Below are positions 1 to 13,218 of a DNA stretch of 64,000 nucleotides, one piece after another; position 1 is the stretch's first letter, and each line of letters begins with the position of its first letter. The DNA comes from Octopus vulgaris (Eukaryota), in assembly GCA_951406725.2 (NCBI GenBank), contig OX597815.1, positions 50,220,001-50,284,000 on the forward strand. Reading direction: 5' to 3'. The position numbers and the translations under genes are program-made. Below the pieces are notes generated by a model that worked only from the letters and a program-made list of their open reading frames with translations, was not told where the DNA came from and ran no database searches.

Positions 1-611
1 CTTTGGCAAGGTTAATTCTTTGTCTCTCTGTTGCATCTAAAATTTCTTCACCTTTTTCTAATTCTAGATATTACTTAGGCAAAGGATTGATTCAGGAAGC
101 GTGTGCAATTGAGAACATAAAAAAGATTATTTTTGAAATAAATATGTTGCTAAATTTGAAACTAAAACAGAGGTAGACATTTTAGTAGAGTAAATATTAT
201 GATACATTTGCCAGAAAATGGTCCAATATATTTCTTTCAACATAGGAACCAAGTTATAACATTAATTTCAAAAAATAGTTTTAAACTTACGTTTATGTGT
301 TTGTTTTGCAAGATTCTTGATGAGAAATTGTGTGTTGAAACAAATATTGTTATATTTGGGGATGGTCATACTTTGTCAATTAAATATGGGCATGATATGT
401 TTGGTCTTCAGTTCAGCTTTATTATTTTAGTTTCTTTGTTTAAGCTCTTGTGACTTCATCAGTGACTCTCTATCCCATGTGTCTCCTCTTGTTTTACTTA
501 GTCCAACAAAAATACCAACAATAATAAAGCTGAAATAAAAATCAAACATATAATGCAGGCGTTTAATTGGTAAAATATGCCCATCCCCAAGCAATAATTT
601 TTAAAATTATT

Positions 612-930
612 CTTTTATTCGCTTACTTGTTTCAGTCAATTGACTGCAGCCATGCTGGAGTGCTGTCTTAAAGGGTTTTAGTTAAACAAATTGCCCCTAG
701 GGTTTATTCTTTGTAAGCCTAGTACTTATTCTATCAATCTCTTTTGCTGAAATACTAAGTTACAGGGACATAAACACACCAATATCAGTTGTCAAGCTAT
801 ACTGGGAGGACAAACACAGACAGAAAGACACACACACATAAATACATGTGTATGTGTGTGTGTGTGTGTGTGTATGTATGTGTGTGTGTGTGTATGTGTG
901 TGTGTGTGTGCATGTGTGTGTGTGTGTGTG
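612..930 (-). mobile_element. 3' half of dominant tRNA/CORE-type SINE plus its internal (TG)n microsatellite
   Basis: Reverse complement of the recurrent tail ...ctccagcatggcYgcagtcaaatgactgaaacaagtaaaag seen in many copies in this window. Confidence 0.85.
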
Positions 931-937
931 CTTGTAA

Positions 938-1125
938 ATGCTTCCTTCTGGAGCCATGCTAAGCTCATGAGGGCTGGTTTCTGGGTTTCAATGGCATATA
1001 TATTCCCCACCTGGATGGGACGCTGGTTCATCGCACGATTACTCATTTTCACCAGCTGAGTGGACTGGAGCAACAGGAAATTAAGTGCTTTGGTCACAGT
1101 TGAAACGTCTTGAGTTATGAGTAAA
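938..1125 (-). mobile_element. CORE-domain SINE fragment with 3' tail shared with the Meta-like SINE at 22.5 kb
   Basis: Minus strand reads ttgctccagtccactcagctggtgaaaatgagt (CORE-like) then gatgaaccagcgtcccatccaggtgg...aaaccagccctcatgagcttagcatggctccagaagg. Confidence 0.7.
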
Positions 1126-1790
1126 GTGTCTTTTATCGTAGCTATAACACCTTTCATCATGCTGGAATGCCTTTGGTTACAACCTGCTCAATCAAAGTTG
1201 ACTTTGGGCTGAACAACAACCAGACTACTAATAAAATAGTGACAGAATCGAAAAACAACTAAAAACATTATCATTTACAGAGAAAGTATTTTTTTATATT
1301 TTATAATGAATCAATAGGGATTGCAATCAAATAAGTCATTACCCTCCCACTGCTGGGTAAAGGTCTTCTCCTTATTTCACCCAAACTCCCAAATATATGT
1401 CAGTAGACTCAGTTCTCACTAAAGAGCAAAAGCATAATTGGTGAATCTCTATTACATACCTGTTACATTAATTTTGAGTCAGAAATGAAACTGTATTGAA
1501 CCTACAAATTCCAGATATAATTTAAGAAGCCTGACTTAATATAAGAATGTAACAAAGTCAAAGAAAAACTGAAGAACTATAAGCTTTAAAAATTTTAAGA
1601 AGAAATGTTTAAGACTTAATATAAATGGAGAAAGGAAATTCTAAAATTGTATGGGACAATAAAGAAAATGGAACATAAAGTTTAAATGACAATGTTGAAG
1701 TCCCTAATAATATCTACACAAAGATATTTGGTGACATAAGTATGTGTGATACAAACAATTAATTTTACTATTGCTATGTTTTCAAAGTTA

Positions 1791-2990
1791 CAATGTGGTA
1801 TCAAAAAGTTCCTGAATTAGTTCTGCAGTGCACCAACAGATGGCAGCACATGGTTGCATGCTAGAGAGAGCTAGCAGTGACTTTCATGAGGCAGTGTGCC
1901 AAGTGACATTACTGTGTTTAATTCACAAGTTGTGAAATTTGTGATTTTGCTGTATGCTGTAATCTGCGATTTTGTCATGGACAGGAAGTAAAACAAATAC
2001 CTAATGTTAAATTTTGCATTAAACTTGGAAAGTTTGCTACAGACACAATGAACATGCTTTGGAAAGCTTATGGTTATGAGGCAACAGGTTGTATGCAATG
2101 TTTCAAGTGGCACAGGCACTCAAAATTATGCAAATATTTTCATTACCTTTAAGGTGTTACTAATGCAGATAGAAGGTTGGTAACAGGTATAGGTTAACTG
2201 TGTAATATGTTTCTACCAAATGGAATACGTGAGATGCTGAAAAGCTCCTGGTTTTGGGTAAAAGAAAATACAGGAGGATCAGTTAATTATGATTTTATTC
2301 AACATTTTCCCCTCTTAGATTCACACACTTATTGCAGTGGTCCTCCAGTTTTCCTCAGTTCTGTAAAAGAACTCTGAAGGTTGGGCCTCCAACCTGGCCA
2401 TTTGCAAAAGTAGAACATCCCTAGAAGGTGATAAGTGACTTAGAAGACCTGCCATAAGCATCACCCCCAAAAATGTGATATTGGGCATTGGGAATTCGTC
2501 TCCCAGGGCTAGACAGTCAATCAAGAGTTCTACTGCAATCTATTGAAATGTTTGAGGGAGGACATTTGACAAAAGCAACCAGATCTGTGGAATGCAAAGA
2601 ATTAGATTCTTCATGACAACAATGCACCATGTCACCAAGTTCTCCTCACACGTGAGTTTCTCTCCAAAAACAACAGGGTATTGCTTCCACACCCACCCTA
2701 TTCACCAGATTTAACACTTGTGGACTTTCATCTCTTCTCCAAGATGAAAAGGCAGCTCAAATGTCACCGTTTTTGACTCCATTGTCAAGATCCAGAACAA
2801 ATTGCAGAAAGTCCTCAGCATCACTTATGGAAAACAACTTCCAGGCTGGATTCCAAAAGTGGTAGGAATGTTGGGACTGGTGTAACGCTGTGAAAGGTGA
2901 CTATTTCGAAGAAGATGATGTTCAAACTTAGGTAAATAAGTTATTTTTTATTAAACATAACTAGTCTGTGAACCTTTTGATACCACCTCT
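1791..2990 (+). mobile_element. Decayed, internally deleted mariner transposon
   Basis: TIRs gtggtatcaaaaagtt (~1795) / aaccttttgataccac (~2971); translated remnants include HTH-like NVKFCIKLGK and ...ILHDNNAPCH...HPPYSPDLTLVDFHLFSKMK with stops and frameshifts. Confidence 0.9.
2228..2403 (-). mobile_element. Terminal fragment of a second mariner-like element nested in the first
   Basis: TA followed by TIR-like cgtgagatgctgaaaagctcctgg; interrupts the host transposase between FKWHRH and SRTSLE. Confidence 0.6.
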
Positions 2991-3422
2991 CTATTCTAAT
3001 TTATTCTAATTTATATGATGGAGAAAGATCATCAAGTGGTGTTTACATTCTATAGATGAATGGCAAGATAAAATACAATTAATGAATGTATTTTATATTG
3101 TTGGATTTTGGTAAGAATGAAGAATGCATAAACAGATTTGGAAATTTTAGGACAAGTATAAAAGTTTTGATAGAAAAATAATCAGTGTCAAAATAAGTCA
3201 ATAAAGCTTTGTTTAAGCCAGATTTGAAGGTATATGTACCTTCCTTGTTTCAGCTAAAGCTTTTGTAAATTTTTCACTTTTTGACATATGACATAATCAA
3301 AACATTCTTAACTTTCCCCAAATCTTCATATTTGACTATGTAAACAGAGATTAATAAATAAAAAAAAAATCTTTTTAACCACGTCAGTGTTTCCAAAAAT
3401 TGTCCTAAAACACTTTATAACA

Positions 3423-3648
3423 TTAACCCTTTAGTATTTAAAGTGGCCATACTCAGCCGAAATATTCCACCTGATTTATGTTGAAAGAGGTCAGATCAGG
3501 CCTCTCACACCAACCCTACAATGTCATTCTAAAAATGAATAGTCCCGTCATAGAAGTCTTGATTCAACAAGATGTTATTTGATTGGTTCAAAACAATCTG
3601 AATAAATAAGCATTACATTTGACAGTAATATGAATGTTAAAAGATTAA
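3423..3648. mobile_element. piggyBac-type MITE, family A
   Basis: TTAA-ccctttagtatt...aatgttaaaaga-TTAA ends; homologous copies at 16260-16847 and ~45225-45410. Confidence 0.75.
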
Positions 3649-3859
3649 AAAGATGACAAAATTACATCTTTATTTGTCTGTCTTGTTAACCACATTGACA
3701 TATGAATATAACATGAGAAAGATGACAACAAAGATATTAACTCCAATTTGATATTTCTCATTGATACTGTTTGTAAAATAAATTTTAATATAACACTGCA
3801 AAACTACTTCATCAAGGAAGTGGTGATATTATGGATGGTATTCTTTCTTTGTCTTTTAT

Positions 3860-4270
3860 TTTTTTACTTGTTTCAGTTGTTTGACTGCAGCCACCCTGGA
3901 GCACTGCCTTAAAGGGTTTTAGTTGAAGAAATCGACCCCAAGACTTATTCCTTGTAAGCCTAACAGTGGCAAGTTGGCAGAAATGTTAGCACACCAGGTG
4001 AAATGCTTAGTGGTATTTCATCTGTCTTTACATTCTGAGTTCAAATTCCACCAAGGTCAACTTTGCTTTCATCCTTTTGGGGTCGATAAATTAAGTACCA
4101 GTTGCATACTCGGGTTGATCTTATCGACTGTCTCCCTCCCCAAAATTTTCAGGCCTTGCAGTAGAAAAGAATACTTATTCTATCGGTTTCTTTTGCCAAA
4201 CCGCTAAGGTATGGGGACATAAATACACGAACATCAAGCAATGGTGGGGGGACAAATACAGACACAAAAC
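3860..4270 (-). mobile_element. Dominant SINE 3' half, interrupted by a nested Deu-SINE
   Basis: Host tail ttgtaagccta|gtacttattctatc is split at ~3962/4171. Confidence 0.8.
3963..4170 (+). mobile_element. tRNA-derived Deu/Nin-domain SINE
   Basis: A/B-box-like tggcagaaatgttagc...gttcaaattcc plus ctttcatccttttggggtcgataaattaagtaccag (Nin/Deu-like domain). Confidence 0.8.
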
Positions 4271-4273
4271 CAA

Positions 4274-5226
4274 TGATGATAGGCATCCGGTAGTCTCAAA
4301 AGACTATGGATCTGCACCTTGGATTGAATTGGTGTTGCAGCATTGCTTGAGACTGGCAAGACCAATGCGTGAGTGAGAGTCATGGCTGCAATGGTCACAA
4401 ATGTGGTTGGTTAGTCGGTTGGTCATTTGTTGGTGGTTCAGTCTTCCTGCATCTCCTTCTGTCCTCTGCTGTCTGACGAATATGATCTCCTTCCCTCAGG
4501 GCAGTACACAGCGTCTGTCTCCAGCAGGAATGGTCTTTTGCCATGTTCTCCCAGGTTTTGGTATTCGTACCCATGGCTTTCATGTCACGTTTGTCTCATT
4601 CTTGAAATGGAGATGTGGCCATCCTCAAGCACATCTGCTGGAGGCTAGCTCCCCATACAGTATATCTTTCGGCAACCTCCCATCAGGCATCTGGTGCACA
4701 TGTCCCAGCCAGCAGAGACGGCATTGCCAAAGTAGTGTGAAAGTAGTTAATAGCTAGGAACAGGTATCTTGGTGTTGGTGATGCAGTTGTTCTACTTGAT
4801 ACTGAGAATACTCCGAAGGTTGTGCAGATGGAAGGCATTCAGGCAGCAATCTTGTCTGGCATAAAGGCGCCATGTGCCATCGCCTTATAGCAAGGTACTG
4901 AGAACACATACTTTATAGATTGCAAATTTGGTGGATCTCATCAGCTTGCCATTTAACCATACTTTTTGAGCTAGTTTGGCAAAGGTCGAAGCTGCTAACC
5001 TGATTCTCCTGCTCAGCTCCTGGTTGAGTGTGAAGCTATCTATAATTGTTGAGCCAAGGTGCATAAACTCACAGACCACATCAAGTGAGTGGTTGTCGAT
5101 GTTAATGATGGGGGTATCCAAGATGCCTTGGCCCATTACCTTGGTCTTCTGTTGGCTGATTGTTAGGCTGAAGGCACGGTATGCTTAGTTGAGATTGTCC
5201 ATCATTGTTTGTAGTTGCATTTCTGA
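4274..5226 (-). mobile_element. 5'-truncated RTE (BovB-like) LINE, C-terminal RT region and 3' end, pseudogenised
   Basis: Fragments SLDVVCEFMHLGSTI...ELSRRIRLAASTFAKL...TKFAIYKVCVLSTLL, RLPKDILYGEL, TWENMAKDHSCWRQTL; 3' end ccatagtcttttgagactaccggatgcct(atc)n. Confidence 0.92.
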
Positions 5227-5399
5227 ATGAGCTACAAGAGCCGTGTATATTTCCCTTCCTTTTCATTGTATACTGTGTATACTTACACTTTTTTGTTTGT
5301 TTATCTATTTTATCATTTCATGATTTGCACACACCCACACTTTATGTCAGTTTTGTATAGTGCCCCTCATCCTTTGCCCTGGTGTCAAATAAATGAAAT

Positions 5400-5414
5400 T
5401 ATCATTATTATTGC

Positions 5415-5451
<37 letters not shown>

Positions 5452-5495
5452 GCTATTATTATTATTATTATTATTATTGTTATCATCATCATCAT
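5400..5495. repeat. (ATT)n microsatellite, possibly the tail of a LINE 3' UTR at 5227-5400
   Basis: Direct reading; preceded by AATAAA at ~5388. Confidence 0.9.
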
Positions 5496-5676
5496 TAGTC
5501 TCCTTGTCTTGATATCACATGATAATTGTAAATGCAAGTTTTCCCGGAAACATGTCTGGCTATGAGGAAGTACAACCTTTTTTGGAAACAGTTGAGTGTT
5601 GGCAACTAGAAGGGTATCTGGCCATAGAAAATTTGCCTCAACAAATTTTGTCTGATCCGTGCAAGCATGGAATAAA

Positions 5677-5825
5677 TGGAGGGAGGAGGAGAAGGAGGAA
5701 GAGGATGAAGAGGGGGAGAGGAGGAGGAAGAGGGGGGGGAGGAGGAGGAAGGAGAGGAAAATGGGAGAAGGAGGGCAGGAGGAGGAAGAGGAGGGGGAGA
5801 AGGAGGAAGAAGTGGAGGAGGAGGA
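5677..5825. repeat. (GGA)n-rich polypurine tract
   Basis: Direct reading. Confidence 0.95.
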
Positions 5826-8091
5826 CCTAGTGGCAGCCGAAGGAGCTAAAACCTAAACATATCCATGACACAACTTTGTCACAAACTTCTATGAATTTCA
5901 CATTGAGATTATCAGAATCAAATTTCAAATAACCATTGTAAGGAGTGTCAAGTAAAGGTTCAAATTACAGCATTTTGTCACTATGACATTTTCTCTAAGA
6001 AAAATTATCGGATTCGATCAAATATTTGATTGGTTTGCTCATAAATGATTGAGAATAAACACAGATCTGTTTTGTTTTCTTTCTTCACATGAAAACAATG
6101 TATCAAGAAATCAAAAAATACAAACAGAAAAAAAATATTTGAATCTAAAATATGAATACATGAAATAACATCTATCCAGCAGAGAAATATATGAACTACA
6201 CATATTGTGGTAGATTTTACTAATTAACAACAATGACAGGGAAATAAACACAATAAGAAAAGAAATCTAAGTATGTAGAAAAAAAAAGCAATTTAAAAAA
6301 AAAAAGCAAAGTCCACATGACTTTTAGATTGAGTCAATATAGAAAACAATAGCTGCAACCAAAATGCTATAGAAAAGGCGCTATCTGTCTGCTCAAGAAA
6401 AAAGAGGAGGAAGAACTAAAGGAGGGTGGCAGTAACAAAATGGGACAAAAACCTTATTTCTTGTAATATAAACAAATGACAATCACTTTTGATGATAATA
6501 TTTTGGTTTGCTTTTTATATTTAATCAATGGTTCATTTTTACATTTGTAATTTTCTATGTTTCGGCAGTGTTTTCCTCAATAAATTTTATCCAATTAGTG
6601 TCTAAATAAAACCACAAATTTAAGCAATTATACTATTTATTGTCCTTTAATTAGTCTTTTCCTCCTTTCCTTTCAATTTGAGTGTAATAAAAATGTCTAA
6701 CTTTCCATCAACAAATCTCGGACATGTTTTTTTTTTATATATGTATATATATATATGTTGTTTTTATTTGTTTTTGTTGTTTTCTTCACCTCTCTTGAAG
6801 CCTTTGTTTCTACATTCACCCTTCCCTCTACAACTGCTTCACAATTCTAAACAACATTTGTTCTTTGGAAGAAAACGAAAACAAAATTTAAACATAATTT
6901 CTTGCTTTTCTTTTTTTTTATCTTATGTTCATTAGCACATTTCATCAAATTTTCCAATTTCATATCTGAAATATGTTGATATCTTATGCAACAATCAATA
7001 CGACAATGGATTTTTGTAGGTTTTTTTTACTAAATTTATTTCCTGCTCATAAGTTGTTTTACCATTTTTAATTTAGTTTAAATTGTTTTGTTTTTATTTC
7101 ATCCCAACATTATATTTCAATATTGTGGATTAGAGTTCATTGTTTGTGTTTCAATGAATACAACCCTTTTTTCTTTTCCACAAACAATGACAAATCAATT
7201 GAATAAAGTTTGGAAGAGAGTTCTTTTATTTGTCTGTTTGCATTAGTATTCATTGCCCTTTTCATTAACTCTGAGTTCTTTTCCATAAATCAACATGGGT
7301 TTTATACACTACTTCATATTTATTGTATTTTAACAATGACATGGTGATCATAAGAATGAATTTTACGACAATGATGTTGATGATGAACCAAATAATCATA
7401 ATTACGATGTAAATCATTACAATGATAATGATAACAAGAATTGACATGGCTTCAAACAATAATTTAAAGAACTAATTATATACTTATGAAATAATGAAAC
7501 AACTTTAATCTTAAATGCATTCTACATAACTGAAGTTATATTCTGCAGGCAAGATACATACTTTACCATGATAAAAACTGTGGTATACATTGGTACCCAA
7601 TAACCTATAATATAATTCTTTTGTAATCTATTGTAAATTAGAAGGATTAATCAGCCTTTAAAATTATAGCAAAACTGATGCTAGATACCATAAAGAAAGC
7701 TGTGGCATATCAACTGACAACTGAGACTTCAATTTTTTCAAAATGTTTTAAACTATAAGTAGTCCTTTTCACCTCTCTCTCACTATATGTGTGTGTGCAT
7801 TTCTGTGTATACATATGTGTGTGTGTATATATATATATATGTATGTATGTATGTGTGGGGGAATGGAGTATCTTCATTTATCTCTATTTAAAAATAACAA
7901 CCATAAATAGCTGCTGCTTCTAATAGGTCAGCAAACTGTCCAGAGGCACCCTTGTTGGATCAATACAAAGTAATAGTAAAACAGGAGGTATAGAAGTATA
8001 ACGAAAAAAGGCTTTACAAAATAAATGATTGTGAAAATACAAAAATAAAGCCAAGGTTGATAAAAATGTAATACAGTGGCATCTGACTTAC

Positions 8092-8124
8092 GCAAATATA
8101 AAATGTGCTTAAAAGTGTGATGAC
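8092..8124 (-). CDS. Candidate 33-nt frame-preserving small exon of an unidentified host gene
   Basis: tgtgtgctttctttag|GTCATCAC...TATTTGC|gtaagt; open in phase 1 (xHHTFKHILYLx) and phase 0; lies in a repeat-poor region. Confidence 0.3.
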
Positions 8125-9601
8125 CTAAAGAAAGCACACACACACGCAAGTTATATCCAGAAGTAAGTCAAACACATACACATATCTACATCACACATGC
8201 ATACACACACAACATCTATTGTGTTTTTATATATAACAAAATGTTTAACTCAGAATGTTACTTCACTGGTACAAAAAGTATCAATATATTAAAGCAGACA
8301 TTTTTACGTGATAAAATACAAAATAAAAAAAATAAATAGCTAAATATTCATTTAAAAAAAAAAATATTTTCACAATTCTGCATGATGCAAAATATGAAAT
8401 ATTATTTTAAAAATGAGTCATCATTATATTTTAAGACACCTGTTTCTGTATTACTCAAAGTGGAAATATTTCAAGAGAATCCCAGATAGATAAGATTACA
8501 AGAATAATATTATCATCGCTGTCTTTGAAGAAAGTTATTTATTTTTTTATTGATGCTGGCATTCCCAAGAGTATGTCAAAGAACTTCAAGCTGTGTCAGG
8601 TAACCTCATCATGTTCATCAAATTAGTTTCATTTGTCTTCAGAGATATAAAATCACTTAAATTAAATCCTACTTAACTTTAAGTGAAAACTCTAAGAGAT
8701 TCAAATACACTGCCAATGAAATTGCTGTGTGTGTATGTGTGTGTATGTGTGTGTGTGTGTGTGCATGTGTGTGTGTGTGCATGTGTGTGTGTGCATGTGT
8801 GTGTGTGCATGCATGCACACATGCATGTGCTTTGTGTATACACTTTAATATTCAGCCATATCCGATGATTGTTAATTTACCATTACACACTTGGAAAGTT
8901 CTTCAACATTAAACCATTGGGAAACATGAATAGGTTACAAGACTGATTTATTTACAATACTGCATAAATGTGCGTGTGCATATGTACATATATATATATA
9001 TAAAAGATATGAGGAATTCAGGTCAAGGTAAACCTCATCACGGGTCACAGAGTTAGAAGATTTTCCATTGTTTCTTCTACCAAAACTGGTGGGTATTGTC
9101 CTTTCTTCTATCAAAAAGTGTTTTAAATTAATCAATGGTAATGATTATTCACATGACTTTTCAACTGCTAGCATTTTCTTTCCCTTTTCTCACCTTGATA
9201 TATTACTTAACTACTCTTCTGATAATGGATTCACCTAAGGATTTACCTAAGAATGCACCTAAGAAAGAACTGATTCAAATGGATTTAATTGAATCCTCCT
9301 ACCCTCCTGAACATAATAAACCACAATGAATATTATTAAAGAGGATCTTTCTTTCTACTGTCTATCATACATTTCTCTAATGACAGAATCCCCATTTTAT
9401 AGAGTGTTTGTTTGATATAACGATCCAATAGCCATGATGTCCTAGAAACAGCTGTCAGAGACTATCTCTGCTATCTTTATCAGTTTTGTATTATTTCACT
9501 ATTTTTAGATTGAATTAAATATAACTGAATGCCATAGACCTTCTTTAACTAAGTGTTTGTCTTCCTCACTACTTTAACTAATATATATATATATATATAT
9601 A

Positions 9602-9700
9602 TCGTCCAACCCATGTCGTCCAACCCATGTCGTCCAACCCATGTCGTCCAACCCATGCTAGCATGGAGAACGGACGTTAAACGATGATGATGATGATGAT
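9602..9700 (+). mobile_element. Short 3' end of the RTE-tailed (GAT)n element, with a 4x tandem 14-mer at its 5' junction
   Basis: (tcgtccaacccatg)x4 + ctagcatggagaacggacgttaaacg(atg)n inside a (TA)n run. Confidence 0.85.
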
Positions 9701-10299
9701 ATATATATTTGAAAATAATAAGGGTCGATCTGCTGCATAAACCTATATTCTAATCTTTTATATTTTGCTTGCTTCAGTCATTAGACTGTGGCCATGCTGG
9801 AGCACCACCTAGAATCTTTAGTCGAATTAATGAACCTCAGTACCTATATTTTAAGCCTGGTGCTTATTCCACTGGTCTCTTTTGCTGAACTGTTAAGTTA
9901 CAAGAATATATCTACACCAACACCGGTTGTCAAGAGGTGGTGGAGAGCACACACATGCACACACACACACACATAGTAGAATAAGACTTAATAAATACTG
10001 GGTTTCTCTGGTTTCAATAAACCCTTCAAGGCAGCATTGCAACCTAGGCTGTAGTCCAATGACTGAAACGTGTGTGTATATATATCATCATCATCATCAT
10101 CATTTAATACCTATTGTCCATATATATATCCCTCTCTTGCTCTCTTTCTCTCCCTATCTTTTTCTCTCTCTTTCTCTGTCTGGGTAACCATGTACCTCGT
10201 CCCCAATAAGACACCTGTTTTTGTCTCTTTTTTTCACTATAACCTTTCATCATCTGACAAAAGATTACTCTCCTCCAATGCCCCCTTTACCTTTCTTGC

Positions 10300-10606
10300 A
10301 AGTTACTTGGTGACCCTGACATTGCTGGTGCCATGTAAAAAGCATCCAGTCCACACTGTAAAGTGGTTGGTGCTTGGAAGGGCCTCCAGACATAAAGATC
10401 ATGCCAAAACCAAGCTCACTAGTGCTGGTGCCATGTAAAAAGCACCCAATCCACTCTGCGGGATGACTGGGGTTAGGAAGAGCATCCAGACATAAAAACT
10501 GTGCCAAAACAGATACAGAAGTTTGGTGCAGGCTTCTGCCTGGCCAGTTCCTGTCAAACCGTCCAACCCATGCCAGCATGGAAGGCAGATGTTAAACAAT
10601 GATGAT
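10300..10606 (+). mobile_element. RTE-associated SINE-like element with internal duplication
   Basis: Two copies of tgctggtgccatgtaaaaagca...ggaagRgcNtccagacataaa, then ccgtccaacccatgccagcatgg...gttaaacaatgatgat tail. Confidence 0.75.
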
Positions 10607-10920
10607 ATGTATGAATGTATGTGAGTGTGTGTGTGTGTGTGCATGCATCCTGTCTTCACATCTCACAATAGTTGTAAATGCACATTAGTACCTTACAAGT
10701 GTAAGACACTAATTTCCTTGTAAACATGGTTGGCAACAGGAAAGGCATCTGGCTATAGAAAATCTGCTTTAATGGAATCCATTTGACATAGACAAGCATG
10801 GAAAATTGTATGTTAAAATGATAAAAATAAGTGTGTGTGTGTGTGTGTGTGATCATTTATTGTAAGTAATAAGTGAATCAATAAATGTTTGTGCCTGTAC
10901 ATTGAGGAAAACATTTGATC

Positions 10921-11120
10921 TGTGCATACTCAATGCCCTGCTACTTCCCCGCTTCCCCCACCTATATCTTGCTGCACTTCCCCCTATATTCTTACAAATC
11001 ATTATGATCGGTTAAGGAGGCAGAGAGTACTTCAAATCTATTGGTATCTGATGCATCCCTTCCTCTATTTACCCCCTGGTACTCCTCACCACTACTCCCT
11101 CTCCTTAAGGTCACTCTTTC
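10921..11120 (+). mobile_element. Possible highly decayed Penelope-like GIY-YIG C-terminus
   Basis: RLRRQR...LQI-GI-P-like remnant followed by a pyrimidine-rich stretch; resemblance only. Confidence 0.3.
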
Positions 11121-12103
11121 ATTGACATCCATCATTCTCTGTCCATCATCATCTCAGCTATTCTTCATCCATGCTCACATTACTATGCCCTTCTATACAG
11201 CTTCCTAATTTTCCCTACCCCTTCTTTAGACCTCTCATTCATGATATCCATTACTCTTACAACTGACCATTTCTGCAGTTATCCATTCCTTACTCTCTTC
11301 TTCATCTGCAAGCATGTAGCTGCTATTTACTCTATGCCACTATATTTCTCCTTGTTGCAACCTTATTTTAGCACTGCCTCTCTCAATGACCCCATATTCA
11401 AATACCATCACCCCTGTCACTTTCTTTAGTCCATCATACTCTCCTTTTTTTCTACCTCTCATCCTAGTTCTTTTTTTTGCAGTCACTATCTCTTAACTGT
11501 CCTTTTGGATTTATTATTTTGAATGAAAAGAGACAAACTAGAACAGAGAAGATCCCAGCAACAGATACCTCACAAGTGATGGCTCTATAATAAGGGACAT
11601 TCAGTACACTTTGTGAAGTGGTTGACAAACAAAAATATAGACATCATTGATTTCAGAGTAATGTCAGTCTTGCTTTCTTGAGGGTGTGACAAATCTCTGG
11701 TGCTCTAGGTTTGCTACAATGAATGCTACAATGAATGCAAAGTGATCTCCAACTGTTCTTGGGAGAACAGTAAATTCAAATGAGACCCTACTTAAACAGT
11801 AACAAATTGTCCCACCCATGCCAACATAGAATGTGAATTTGAAATGATTGTTTGATTCTTGATCACACTCATATATGTGTGTATGTGAGTTCTTTAGTTT
11901 CTCTTAGCCATCACAGTCATACCTATCACTTTATCTACTTATCTATTTATTTAAATATATATATATATATATTATACATGAAAGAAAAAGAGAGAGATTG
12001 ATATACGTATTAGAGAGAAAGAGAGAGATGGATATCTATATATACATTTGTGTGTGTGTGTGTATGTGTATATATATACACACACATATATATATATATA
12101 TAC

Positions 12104-12249
12104 ACATACATACATACATACATACATACATACATACATACATACATACATACATACATACATACATACATACATACATACATACATACATACATACATA
12201 CATACATACATACATACATACATACATACATACATACATACATACATAC
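12104..12249. repeat. (TACA)n tetranucleotide microsatellite
   Basis: About 36 near-perfect units; source of the MYVC/HTYI ORFs. Confidence 0.98.
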
Positions 12250-12407
12250 TTGCAAGAAATTTTCACTGAGAAGACTTTTTTGTGAATAAAATAAATAAAT
12301 TTAAATTGGTTGCAAAACTTTTGATAACACCTGTGTTTGAAAATAAAAATATTTGAAAATATTCAAGCAATTGGCAAACATGTCTTTCTCTCTATAGACA
12401 CACACAC

Positions 12408-12438
<31 letters not shown>

Positions 12439-13187
12439 CACACACTCACACATATATATTTATACACATTTTAATCTTTTATTTTTTTTTGATAATTTTT
12501 TTCTTTGTTGATACTGTTATTTTTATCTCACAATCAAAGTGACAAACACAATATGTTTATGTGTTGAAGAGCAGAGAGAAGGAGGGTGAGGTGGGGATGG
12601 GGGGGGACACCGATGTCTGTTTCAATGATATAGGTTTTTACTTGAAAGTGCAATTTAATACAACAATTCCTACTGTGTTATCCAATATCTGTTGTTACAC
12701 ATCAGCAACAACACAAAGAAAACTATAGTTAGAGACTAAAATGAAAATTGACACTTAAATTTTTAGCATCTAATATTTCTTACATGATGCATTTTTATGC
12801 TTGCATTGCCAACAAATAATTCAAATGAATTAGCATTTTATTTTTATTTTTATTTCATTTTGTTTCACTCTATTCTTTTTTTTTATTTTTACTTTTATTT
12901 ATTTTATTTTTTCATACATGCTTTTCCTGTTCATCAATAAGAATATAAAATGTCATAGCCAAACTTGATTCAATACATCCTCCAGTCCTAATTACCAACT
13001 GTGCTTAGCTACTAATGTTGTCAGCCAAAGAATTTACCAGGATTCAATCATATCAGCGGCAACATTAAATTTCAAATTTCAACTCAATAACTAGGATTTT
13101 TCTGTTGTTTTCTTTTTATTATATTCTCTCTTTCTCTGCTTTGTATACATATACACGTCTCTCCCCATTCTCTGTCTTTCTCTCCTT

Positions 13188-13218
<31 letters not shown>

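Noticed and set aside
5519-5856. Arg/Gly-rich and Glu-rich ORFs resembling protamine or acidic proteins
   Set aside because: Translation of a (GGA)n tract fused to a SINE fragment.
8935-9135. Protein-like minus-strand ORF (ERTIPTSFGRRNNGKSSNSVTRDE)
   Set aside because: Weak donor site, no recognisable homology, and it runs into a (TA)n tract.
9602-9657. CRISPR-like short repeat array
   Set aside because: No spacers, eukaryotic context, and the unit is part of a retroelement tail.
11972-12289. Overlapping ORFs of MYVC/HTYI repeats (also 760-1059, 8683-8912, 17071-17351, 30576-31140, 39405-39743, 59572-59865)
   Set aside because: Translations of (TACA)n, (TG)n and (TA)n microsatellites, which lack stop codons.
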